Origin: Pelomyxa schiedti
Lineage: Eukaryota > Protista > Evosea
Assembly (NCBI GenBank): GCA_020536535.1
Contig: JAHLWZ010000016.1
Coordinates: 62,001 to 126,000 of the forward strand
DNA length: 64,000 nt
Direction of reading: 5' to 3'
The position numbers were made by a program, and so were the translations under genes. Below, piece after piece: positions 40,301 to 52,041 of the stretch (position 1 is its first letter; each line of letters begins with the position of its first letter). Under the pieces are notes generated by a model. The model had not been told where the DNA came from. It searched no databases and worked only from the letters and a program-made list of their open reading frames with translations.

Positions 40301-40797
40301 GCAATTCCTAAATGAAAAGAAAAAGCTGGTGGGCAACCATCACCAAGTGTTACTGAAGTTCTACCCGCAACAGGCTCAGCAGGTACCAGGGTGGCAGTTA
40401 TAGGAAGTAACTTTCTCAACACCCCCAACCTCCGTGTGGCCTTTAACAATACAGTGATTGTTCCCACATTCCATGAACAAGGTTTGATTTTACCTAATAC
40501 TCTTACTTTAAAAATGGGAGGGAAAGCCAAGTCTTTAATAACAATTTCACTCCCACAGTTTAATCCCCTATCCCACAATGCATTAATGGTTCTCACATAG
40601 GAACGCTTATCTGTGTTGTACCCACTATTGACGAGCCATCACCCTCCACTGTTCCTCCCGGCGGAATTAGCGGGAATTCCATTACCGGCGGGGGTGGAGG
40701 ATCTTCAATTGTGGGAGCCCCTGTATATGTATCTGTTCGAGTGAGCAATGATGGAAGTACCTTTAGTGAAGGCAAAGCGGTGTTTATGTATTGCTAA
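37394..40797 (+). CDS. Putative transcription factor: Ig-fold (velvet/Rel-homology-like) domain plus IPT/TIG domain
   Basis: Low-complexity N-terminus, RRHKPSGRKPY basic motif, LKIARQPPSRTVYQRILRPFPSV..LEGTRVVR..FATFKRLKI..FCLRFVL..SDPIEVFSH, then IPT PSVTEVLPATGSAGTRVAVIGSNF..LRVAF..LICVVP..VRVSNDG..SE...FMY; stop 40795-40797. Confidence 0.72.
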
Positions 40798-41091
40798 TTC
40801 AGTCCCTCCAAGCCACCAATCATCACAGCAACAAAACCAAAACCAAAACCAAAACCAAAATTAAAACGACAACAACCCACATACACTCTCCTCCTTTCAT
40901 GTGTAAAGCTGTGGAAAGGAGCACCTTCAAATCCATGTCAAAGAAAACCCCCAACCCACACCATCACCAAAGCCAAAACACACTTAAATGTTGTGGTGAG
41001 TGAGCACACAAAAAGAATGAACTCTTTTAAAAAATCAAAAAATTTGTCCCAAGTTTCCTCTAGAGGAAAAAAAAAACAAAACCCCTTCGTC

Positions 41092-41744
41092 ATGAGCAAC
41101 GACGAATCGACGGCATTGGGACGAGCACTGGCGCTCGTGAACAGGGCAGTGCAAGAGGACCAGGATAGGAACTTCATTGACGCCTGTTCAATGTATTGGA
41201 GAGCACTGGTTCTTCTGAAAGAAGCCCACGATGGTGTGCACATACAATCCATTCGAGGCTTATTTCCAACTTGCTGTTGGTTTGCTGTTGTTGGTGGTCA
41301 TTTATGGTGGTTGGACCGTCCGTTTGTAATGATATAATATTCAAGCATCATACTATCAATAACAAGGTAAAAAAAATGTGACCCAAAAAACCAAACAAAC
41401 AAACAAACAAACAAACAGTGGAGGCAGATCCAGGGAAACAAGCTGGGATACGAGGGGCCAGTGACGGCTATGAGAAGAGGAGGAAGGAATTGTGGGACAG
41501 CATGCAGCCGGCACAGCAGGAGGCAGTGGTAAGGAGGTACGAGGTGGAGCAAGACATAGCCCTTGTGAAGGACCTGAGGGGTAGCCTGGGCCCCCAGCTG
41601 GTGCCCCCCTCTGTTGAGGAAATGACCGCTCTGCATGACCTCCAAATGAAGCTCACATATGCTCTTTTGCAGCTGAAAATGGCACAGCAGCAGCAGCAAC
41701 CAGGAGGAACTGGTGGAGGGGGTGTGTTCATGGGTGGATTCTAG
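41092..41744 (+). CDS. Small MIT-domain protein
   Basis: ALALVNRAVQEDQDRNFIDACSMYWRALVLL..EADPGKQAGIR...YEKRRKEL is the MIT three-helix pattern; one 185-nt intron 41234-41418. Confidence 0.78.
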
Positions 41745-41928
41745 AATCATACTTAGTACTGTCACTGTTGTTGCCCCGTTTCCAGGCAGCAGTGGCAATG
41801 TACACTGTGCATGTGTAATGAATTGTGAAGAAATCAATTTCGTCTAGAACTTCAATTTCAGTGTTTGCTGGAAACGAAAACAAAAAGTTTTTTTCTTCTT
41901 GTTCTGCGCAACGGCAACAAACAACAAA

Positions 41929-44900
41929 ATGATGGCAGCACCACCAGCAGCGTGGCTTTGCGCGGTCGTCTTTATACTGTGCGTGGGCAGGCAGGCGGGC
42001 ATTGTGGGAGGCGCCGCGCCGATCGCGGGGTTTCGGCCTCCAGCGGTGCCGTTGGTCACGTGGGACCCCTACGTGAGCGTGTGGTCATTCTCCGAAAAGC
42101 TGACCGACGACTGGACGAAAATGTGGTCAGGTGACACCAAGGCCATGGTGGGCCTCATTCGTGTAGACGGTGTACCTTACAGGTGTGTGCTATTGATCAC
42201 TTAATTGCGGTCTCTTGTTCTATCTCTCTTTTTTGTGTGCAGAATTGAATACAGTGACAGAGAGCTGATCCATGGCAGCAGGTAGTGTGCCCCCGTCCTG
42301 TTTCTCAGGCCCCATGAACCTTTACAGACATTCAAGAAAGTTAAATNNNNNNNNNNNNNNNNNNNNNNNNNNNNNNNNNNNNNNNNNNNNNNNNNNNNNN
42401 NNNNNNNNNNNNNNNNNNNNNNNNNNNNNNNNNNNNNNNNNNNNNNTTTTTGATTTTTTAAAAGAGTTCATTCTTTTTGTGTGCTCACTCACCACAACAT
42501 TTAAGTGTGTTTTGGCTTTGGTGATGGTGTGGGTTGGGGGTTTTCTTTGACATGGATTTGAAGGTGCATGGGGCCTGAGAAACAGGACGGGGGCACACTA
42601 CCTGCTGCCATGGATCAGCTCTCTGTCACTGTATTCAATTCTGCACACAAATATTTGTGTTCTGGCTTTTTTGTTTTTACCATTATTTCTTATTATTATA
42701 ATATATTATTTTTCTAATTTGTATCTTTATCCTTGTCTGTTATTACCATTGCTTCAAGGTGTATCCTACACGCTCCATTTTCACATTTAGTGATACCAAA
42801 GTGCTCTTGACAGTTGTTTTTGCCACTCCCCTGATTTATGATACTGACTATGATCTGCTCTCTCGTCCAACATCCTACATACAATTCAAAGTAACACATA
42901 CCTCTCCTTTCGAAATTACCAACAATCAAAAACCAAAGGTAGAATCTGCAGATGGTCTTCCTCACACAGTGGAATTGTATTATGACAACACCGCCCAGAT
43001 GGTTGTCAACACTCCTGTTGAAGAAGTTACCTGGGATCGTCTTGACTCAATCGATGGGTTTGTTTTGCTGAGGATGGGAACGACAACCCAAGATATCCTT
43101 GGAAGGGTGCGGCTTTATTGAAAATTCAGTCTCTAAGTTGAAGCTCTTATAGAAGGGAGATGAGATTGGGATCAATTGGGGATACATGTATTTGGCCACA
43201 GAGGAGTCTGTCGATGTTGACTCGGTCTTATATGGTGCCTTAGACTGTCGCACTCAATTTACTACAAATGGGTTGGTCGTTCATAACTCTTGTACGAAGC
43301 TAAAAGTTGGTAGCACACTTCCAAGTGCAGACGATTCCAACAAGCCCCGTGCTTGCAATGATAATTGGCCTGTCAGTGCTCTAGCCTGGTCCGTTGTCAA
43401 GATTTCCCGTTAGTTTCACAGATATCCAGGTCATTCAATGTTACTTCCTCTGTACCTGAAACCCGTTCGTTGATATTTGCGTATGATGACATTTATTCTG
43501 CTCAATACTTTGGTATTACTATCTTCCCTCTGGCTACTTCTTATGAGAAAAGGCACGAACTTGGAACCTTACTGGAAGAAAAAGTGGTCAACAATTGGTT
43601 TGCTCCTCTTCTCTCTGCTGTGAAGAACTTCCTGATCAAATGTAGAAAATGTGATTTTGCAAAGCTGGAAAGAACTTGACGATTTACTAGAGAAATGTGA
43701 AGAGTTTGACTTACAAATGATGGACTCTCTGTCATCTGTATTGCGGCTGTTCTGCCCTAATGCAATAACATAACATTAGGTTGGTGGAGACAAATACGCC
43801 ACTGTCACAGCTCTTGCATATAGGCAAACTCTGGCTGCCTGCAAGATCGTAATCAGCCCAGATGCTACAACTCCCTGGTATCTTATGAAAGAGATTTCCA
43901 GCAATGGCGATTTTCAGACTATCGATGTCATCTTCCCTGCGTATAAACATCCAACGCTGTAGCCTAAGGTCTTAACTATTTACAGGTCTCCTCTGATAGC
44001 ATATATCGATCCCCAACTTCTCAGATTGCTTCTGATCCCAGTTTTGCTGTACTAATTACACTTCTCTTAAGGCAAACTCACTACTTAAAAAGTTATGGAA
44101 ACAATGAAACCACTATCACTTATAATTCAGAGTGGGCACCCCACCACATAGGGACGTACCCCATTGCTGATATGTATGCTTTTTTTACCCGATAGATTTC
44201 TCAAAACTTTTTAGTTATACGTGGCAACAGGAGGATATGGTCACTATTTCTCAACTTTTTACGTTAACCACTCACTGGGAACTAGCCAATTGAGGAGTCT
44301 GGTAACATAATATTGATGTTGGCACTTATAACAAAGATGACTGGGGATATTGATGACTCTATTATGCACTTCTGGGACCTTCTAGTACAATGGGCAAATT
44401 ACCTTGTCAACAATTTACCAGATCCAGGAACTCAACTTTTTACTGATGATTTCACTGGTAACTCAAATTTCACTCGCACATAGATTCTAATCTAACGTTA
44501 TTTCTTTTAGGGGTACTTTTTTTCCCACCTCCAAGATGACCTCCGAGTAATTTTCTCCAGAAAATTCCTCACGATGCCAATTTGGCGATCAAGGGCATTG
44601 TAGCATTGAGCGCATTTTCCTACCTCTGCACTGTGAAAGGGGACACCACTAATGCTGCTTACTATGAATCGTGAGAAATACAAGATTGGTCACAAATGCA
44701 CTAATTTATTCCAGTGTAGCTCAGGACTATATGACGCAGTGGTTGACTTTGGCCAACCCAGAAAATACTGATCACTATCGTCTGGTATCCTCAACCATTA
44801 TCAGTACAGAAACAAAATTAAACAACCTCCATAAAAGAGATACGATGAAGCAGGATGGAGCCTCAAGTATAACCTTGTATATCAGCGGCTCCTCGATCTC

Positions 44901-45394
44901 TCCGTCTTCCCTGAATATGTTTTCACAATGGAAACAGCATACTATGTAACGCAACAGAAAGAATTTGGTGTACCATTAGATTCTCGCTAGTACTTGCTCA
45001 ATACAGCTCTAAGTTAGTTAATAATACAAATATCCAGCGATTTCACCAAACTCGATTGGGAAACATGGATCGCCACTCAATCAAATGACCCAAGCTATTT
45101 CGCGCAACTTTTTGATACCCTTTACAAGTATGTAGAAATCTGAATTTGCCGGGTTACTGCAACTAATTTATGAACACAAAGTTGGGCAGATACCACAAGT
45201 GCCAGAGTTCCACTCACAGATCTATACTTTACTGCTGGAGGACACCAATACCTTGGTTTCCAGGTGAGATATCTCCCTTCCCGTTGGCACACAAGATCTC
45301 ACTGATCCTTTCTACGCAACTTTAGGCAAGACCCGTAGTTGGTGGTCTCTTTGTGCCTCTTCTGCTGGACAAAATAAGCTCACAAAAGAAATAG
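41929..45394 (+). CDS. Secreted GtaA-family 'glutaminase' (alpha/alpha-barrel, glycosidase-like); interrupted by an assembly gap
   Basis: Signal peptide, FRPPAVPLVTWDPYVSVWS, GLIRVDGVPYRFMG, MKEISSNGDFQTIDVIFP, WAPHHIGTYP, MPIEESGN, TDDFTG..ANLAIKGI, WSLKYNL, TKLDWE, FQARPVVGG. Confidence 0.88.
42347..42446. other. 100-N scaffold gap flanked by inverted chimeric duplications
   Basis: 42232-42316 is the reverse complement of 42567-42651; 42447-42567 is the reverse complement of 40921-41041. Confidence 0.95.
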
Positions 45395-45470
45395 ACGAAA
45401 CTTTTGACATTATTAAATTCGCGGATCGCCGTATTACCTTGGAAATTCATAATAATAAAAAAAACCGAGC

Positions 45471-48400
45471 ATGCGCGGTGGCTGCGAGCTGCCGCCTTTC
45501 GATATTGAAAGTGTGCAGCGACCAAGACAGGGTCTGGGCAGAACCAAGATCTTGCAGTATGGCGACACGACTTTGCCGCAGCGCACCGGCTCTGTATACT
45601 GTGACTACGAAATGGAGCTGCCACCTTTCAATCTCTCTCTTGTTTCGCCGTCGTATTCTCATTTGCGAACGGACTCCTTGCCTGCACCCGTTTCTCCACC
45701 ACGTGCAGTGGCTACAACGACTCACACGACTACTGCTTTCGAAACAACAGGGCCGCGACGTGGGAGATCTCCGATGAGTAGCACCACTGGACGTAAGCAT
45801 GTACTAGAGACTGGAAGTGGAACAAGCGGCCACCAAATGCACAAGGCTATAGACACAGGGGATTTGGCATTGCCGCCGTTCGTTGTTCCAAGGACTTTGA
45901 AACAAATTGACTTGACATCATCCTGTAACCTGAGACATTCAGTTACCCAGAAGGCAGAAAACGCTCACAGGAACAGAAGGGATACAACGAACCTTAGTCG
46001 TTCTACTGCCAGCATACAAACTCCCCACATCAGACCATCACTGAGTGGGACAGTCTGCCATCAAGTCAATGCAGCACCAACCACTGCCATACCCCAAACA
46101 AACCAAGTACCAAGCACTAGGCCACATCACCCATCAACACATAACTTTTCCAAACATACGAATGCTCATCATCCAAGTAGTGCTTTGAGGAATGAAGAAC
46201 CTCATCATAAACACAATGAATGTATGGAGATTACCTGCAATACCACCACTAGCCATAAACCGCCTATAAAGCGTGGGCATAATTCATCAGGGATGCTACC
46301 CGACATGTCTTCCAGTGGGAACTCCCCTCAAGCCACCGCAAAAAGTCCAAGGGCCGTTGATTGTGTAAATATTCCTACAGTGAAAACTGATGTTGACCAT
46401 AAACCTTCTCCTGAAATAGCACCACCTGCAACAAACTCAAATAATTCCACATCACAAATATGCATAAAATCTCCAGTCACTTCACCTCTGTTACCTAGAC
46501 CTGCTTCAAGCGGACAAGCACACTCTGTTGAAGCTACGCATTCTTCAAAACCTGTTACTGCTGCCCCCTTTGTGACACCTGTTCTACCTCCCCCACCTGA
46601 TAAAAATAACACTCAAACACTTGGTGAAGGTCCGGTTATAGCTCGTGGCGCCTCCTCTCTGGGGGCTGTGATGATTGTTACAGGGATTTGTGCAGGTTAG
46701 TTCTAGGCAACATATGCTTGGCTTCACTAATGCTCTCCAGAATTGAATGAAATTATTAACGCCATTCACAATTTAATGTTATACCTTCATAAACATGCAA
46801 GAAACGATTATCTATACGATATCCCTGACCCACCTCCTTCCACTTCATCTGTAAAGCGGTAAGAAAAGTGACTTTTTTATTCTGTGTTTAATCTGGTGTA
46901 GACAGTCACACTCACTAAAAACGCTGATGCGGAACCTTCCCCCCCTGGAGAAGGTCTGCTGTACTGTTCTAGAATTGATAACGTCTGCTTTTCGTAATTG
47001 CATGTACTTTGTAACATTCATAGAGCTTTTCCCGCGTCACTTGTACCCCCAGCGTTTGCGGATTTTCTTGATACTCACATTCCATGTGCTTTTATACCAC
47101 GTGCCTTCTTTCCTCTTCTAGACCCTGGGCCAAGAGGTAACTCTTTTTCACCTTTTTCTGCATCCTAAGAAAGGCAAAGCTTTGTGGTTCAATATACTTT
47201 CTCACTGTAAATATCTAGCACAGTATAGAAATATGGAACCAATTTACAAAGCCTTCGCCCATGCCATCACCAAAACAGCTTCACAAAAATGGGCACACTT
47301 GGAGGTTAACGTTGCTAATTTGTACATAATTCGACTAAAGTACCAAGGCCTACCAATTACACTGTAAACTTTGTAAATTAATGGAGGGTCCTTTTGACGG
47401 GAACTCCCTTGAAGCAGTGTGCAGTTATATTTCTTCTTTTTTTTTCACCAACATAGATTTTAACAGGTCATTTGCACTGACAGTGCTTTTCTTGTGTTTC
47501 AAGGCCTGTGTAGTGCACAAGCCAGTAAACCGGAAGGATTGGTTGCACTATCCAAATGCTTCCTTCATCTTTGTTGGAAACATGGCAATGCTAATGCACT
47601 CCTTCAACTCGTAACTGAACAAGATATTACATCTTCATCTTCTGTTATGTGTGTTGCCCTACCTAAGTTTTCTCTATTCCAATTCCGTTATAGGCGAGTC
47701 ATGCTACCCAATTCCGTTGCAGCTCTTCTAATCAAAGAATTTATCGAAATGACCTGTACTGAGTACTTACATTCCATTTTCCAGCCTTTGGTAGATGATG
47801 TTTACAGCAATCATTTATCACTAGAGGTTGATATGGGAAGGTTTTCCAGTTTACATCATTTTTTAGATTGATCAAGAAGTGATAGCCTCAGAACACGAAT
47901 CACTCTCTGAGGAGAAGTTGGAGAAACTTTTGAAGTCCAACCAGCAAGATTTTTTGGTGTTTTGCCAAAAAGCCCTCGATTGTATCATAAATTCATACAA
48001 CAATTGTCCTATGTACTAGATACAAAAACTGGAAACCTTTAACTCTCTGTAGGGAAATCAGGGGACTTATGAGGCACATTAGGTCCTGTACACTGTCTCG
48101 GTTTGGTGGTGACCAAAAAGTTGCTCATACAGTGGTGTCTTCACTACTCTTCTCGAGACTTTACTGCTCCGCACTCTATGGCAAGACACTCTCCCCAGAC
48201 AAACATATAAAAAGTATGGCCTCCTAATGCCTTCCTGCTTATCTGTTCAGATAAGTCAAAGATCAAACTGAACATGGAGCGCCACGCAACTGAGCTGGGC
48301 AAGATTCTTACACTACTGGGAAGCGGAAACTCTCCAATGGAAGCAAGGTTTATTTTTCTTCAAAAATGGTTGTCGTCTGCCACCCCAGCAATAGCAACAT

Positions 48401-48705
48401 TTGTTGAAAATCTTACTGTATGAACCACTGTTTCAAAAAAAGATTGCTTACAGGTAAACTTTTAGGGTTGTGAGGACAGCTCATCCTCAGAACACCAGTT
48501 TGACTGCACCAGTGATTTGGATGTATTACTTCAAATGCTCCAGTCAAACAGCAATGTAGTTTTGGCACTAAAAGCAAATTTCACCCGGGCGTTGGACAAA
48601 GTAACATGTTACCTCTGAGTTGATACCTGTTCTGATCCCCTGCAGATAAAACTAGCCCTGGAGGTTGGAAGTGAAAATCTGGAGGAAGACAAAACCAAAT
48701 TTTAG
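45471..48705 (+). CDS. RasGAP-domain protein, probably catalytically inactive, with long low-complexity N-terminus
   Basis: VMLPNSVAALLIKEFIEMTCTEYLHSIFQPLV..LSLEID, LDCIINSYNNCPMEIRGLM, VVSSLLFSRLYCSAL follow the RasGAP fold; stop TAG 48703-48705. Confidence 0.7.
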
Positions 48706-48984
48706 AACTTGGATGGCACAATTTGTCCAATATCGGACCGGAAACAGACCTTGCCACAACACAGTGCCAGAGTGAGCCATGTTCAGGCTTCAGGCTCTCA
48801 CTGCCGTACACCAACCAGTACCCCGTACCCAATGTGCTAACACCATTTCCCCCAAAACACCCCCTCATTCCAATCAACACCCCACAAAACCAAATTCTAG
48901 TACAAGAAAGACAACATCATGTCAGTATTTTGGCAAAGGACTTCTTGTCCAATCTCTTGGACCAGAAACAGACCTAGCCACAAC
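48691..48984. repeat. Degenerate direct repeat in a convergent intergenic region
   Basis: AAAACCAAATTYTAG at 48691 and 48886; TTGTCCAAT..GGACCRGAAACAGACCTWGCCACAAC at 48723-48760 and 48945-48984. Confidence 0.75.
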
Positions 48985-49004
48985 TGATACAGTGACTGGA
49001 GTAT

Positions 49005-49636
49005 TCACTCGTCATTGTTGCTTGCTGTAGTGCCTTGGATTGGTGAATGAGAGACTCGGGGCTCATGTGTGGAATCTGATGTTGATGCGGCGGATGATGA
49101 TGCTCTGGCTGAAGAGGATGATACTGGTTGGCCAGACTGTCTGGTTTTTGCCAGCAGAGCAGCTTGCTGTGCAACAAGTATGTTGAAGCAGAATATTTGT
49201 TCTGTACAAAGGTTACTGGCACTGGATGAGAAGCTGGTTTACCTTTGATTGTAACTCTGAGTGTGTAGGCTTTGAAGAATTGCTGGTTTTGCTGTTGTAG
49301 TTTCTTTAGAACTTTTTAAGGCAAAAAGACATTAGCAGAATTTTTGAGGTTGTGGGGATACCGAGAATAGCAAGACCCGGTGTGATGTTGTCGAGAAACA
49401 ACGATTGGATTATTTCTCTATCATTATAGTAGCGCTGAAGGCACTTTTCAATGAGGTTCTGTACCAGTTGTATGTCATTTGAAGTGATTTCCGATGGCAC
49501 CTACACCATCGTTAATGTTTTCTCTGCTGGTTTTGAAAAAAAAATAACCACACATTCTCCCAGAGTGTAAGGAAAGAAACAATCAGAAGGAAAACAGAAA
49601 GAACAACTAAAATGTCACCGTGTAGCTCGACGACAT
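49005..49636 (-). CDS. A_thal_3526 / TIGR01589-like domain protein
   Basis: Spliced DIQLVQNLIEKCLQRYYNDREIIQSL..ITPGLAILVLKKLQQQNQQFFKAYTLRVTIKEQIFCFN matches the recalled family consensus VQxLIERCLQ..EFFKAY..KxQIxxFN. Confidence 0.72.
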
Positions 49637-49848
49637 TCGCAGATGAGACAAGGGGCGTCACAAGTAGATGTTGGACAAAATTTTTTCGTTTTTTGGGTGT
49701 TTTGAGAAACGGAGCTGGGTTATTATAACTTGAGACGACTTATTTTTAGTTGGGAGGTACCTCATCACAACGTGAGAAACCCTTAAGATCACCAAACTTC
49801 AAGAAAACGAAAATGGGAAGTGGAACGAAATTTCCCCCTATCGGTTCT

Positions 49849-51964
49849 TTATAAAGAACGCCAATAGGGACGGTGTGCTGCAGTTACTTGCGCTATGAGT
49901 GCGATAGTTTCAGGGTTGGGAATAAGGGGAGGTAGTGTGGGAGGAGGTTGTTCGCCAAGTAGAGCGGAAAGGCAGGCCTCGGCACTGGTGGAAGCCACCT
50001 GGGGCTCATATCCACCTTCTAGGGACAGAATAACGCGGCCTCCACTCACTAGCTTCATAAGGTGCACTATATCTGTGATGTGTTGTTGGTTGTGGAATTC
50101 AATAGGTTGCATACGGGAAAAGCACTGCGGGGTTATGCCGAATTTTGAGGCGGGGGAAAAGCCAGCACCACCGACGGGGTCACCTTTTCCACTGTCGAAT
50201 CCAGCACTCACCAGGACTACATCGGGCGAGAATTCCCGGGAGATTGGAATTACAAGGCGATCCATGATTGCAAGATAATCAGCATCTCTTTAGGAAAGTG
50301 ATGACAGCTATTGTAACAGTCAGAACTCACGAAAAGCCAGTCTCGGACCACGGGAGTGGAATATTCACATTTTTCCCAAGTGCGTTGGGCCCTCCAACCT
50401 TTTCACACATGGCAATATCAGGATTTTCACCAAACAGCATGTCCTAAATGAGAATCAATTTGAAGCTCCAATTTCAGTTTCCAATTTACTTTAGCATAGC
50501 CCAAGCGATGAATGGAGATGAATAATGCAGAAGGCTCGTTGTAAAAAATTTCTTGTGTTCCATCACCATGATGAACCTATTATTATTTAGTGGGGAAAAA
50601 AGATCAAGAGTGGTCACATCAAAATCAAGTATCAGTACTCTCCTTGGCTGTGGAAAAGTAAGGTGCGAAAGTTGACACTGAGAAATACCTTGGAATCAAA
50701 ACGACCTTGTAGAGTGCATGCAGCAGCAACAGCAATATTGTTGAAGAAACAAAAACCACTTGTAGAGTTGATTCTTGCATGATGTCCCGGAGGCCTAATT
50801 ACTGTGGCAAGGAATTGTCCTAACGACTAACTGGTAGCAAGGAATATACACGCAAATCCGTTTTGTATGTTTCCAATAATAACATTCTTAACCAATTCCA
50901 GCAGGGCCCCACCTGATCGCAGGTTAAAGTGCTTTTGCAGGATGGAAGAGTACATGCAAGCTTAGCACAAAGAGGGGTTTCCGGCACCCAATAAAGATCC
51001 TTCCTCTAAGGACTTGGTCATTTTTACGTATTTTTCATGATTAATACCTGGAATGGGGGTGGGATATCTGTGGCACCTAGGATCGTGTCGACATATTCAG
51101 CACTATGCACCAAGCAGAGCTCATTCCGGGTAGCTTCTCTCGCTTGGAAACCCCGACACCTAGTTAGCATACCTCACAATTGTTAACAAATTGCGAGGTT
51201 TTTTTATCTTGAGATACCAGAACCAAGCAGTCTGTGATAAATGGCTACAGTTCTTTCAGGGGATTCATATAAACACCTCCCTTCTGGATGGTGGTGCATC
51301 TCCAGCCTTGTGTCATACATAATCCCAGTGCAATACTTGGGGTAAAGCTGTGCCTTTCTCGTAGCAGGTTTTCCAAACTTTGCCTTCTCCAGTTCACTTA
51401 TCACAAATCAGAACAAAATACAATGAATTTCCATCAACAACTCAGAAAAAAAAAAAAGTGAAAGTTGCACCACCGCCAGTCAACAACCCAAAAAAATACG
51501 AGATATTTTCCCTCACACCTGAGCAAAGGGTACAAAATCTCGTGCCTCACGTAGCACAAGCACCCCGGGTGATTGCACCAAATGGACAGATCCGCGAAAC
51601 TCGCGCACAGCAGGTGCCCCGCCTCCCCCAGGTGCTGCTGCATGTGCCCCCCGACGTACCTGCTGCACCCAACTTGGCCGCAGTGGAGGCACACCCAGCT
51701 CTCCGCGCAGCTCCCGCACGCCCCGCACTCCAAGCCCCATTTCGCCCCGGTGTCGTCACTCTCCCCCTCAGTCCCAGCACCAGTCTCAGCCCCAGTCCCA
51801 GTGCCAGGTCCATTCTCGGCTACGTTTGGGGGGATTGGACGCCGCCGCGAAAGCACGTCTGCAAGAGCCGAAGGACTAATGAGAGTGCAGTCGTGCAGAT
51901 GGGGGCACAAGGGCGACGGCTCCACTACAAAAAACGAAGAAGCTTGCTGCCCGCCTGTTGTCAT
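49849..51964 (-). CDS. Class II histone deacetylase with N-terminal ZnF-UBP domain (HDAC6-related)
   Basis: Exon 1: [47 protein letters not shown] (ZnF-UBP); then [48 protein letters not shown]. Confidence 0.9.
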
Positions 51965-52041
51965 TTAGGTCTGTTGATTGGTCGAATGGTGCAGCTCTTT
52001 CTGCGAACCAAACCCCCTGTGAGGAGACACAAAGGAGCTTG

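Noticed and set aside
42232-42651. Inverted repeats as transposon TIRs or an invertible switch
   Set aside because: The arms are copies of a GtaA exon and nearby intergenic DNA, abut an N-gap, and have no transposase, recombinase or target-site duplication.
48691-48984. Direct repeats as a CRISPR-like array
   Set aside because: Only two degenerate copies about 200 bp apart in a eukaryotic 3' region, with no cas genes.
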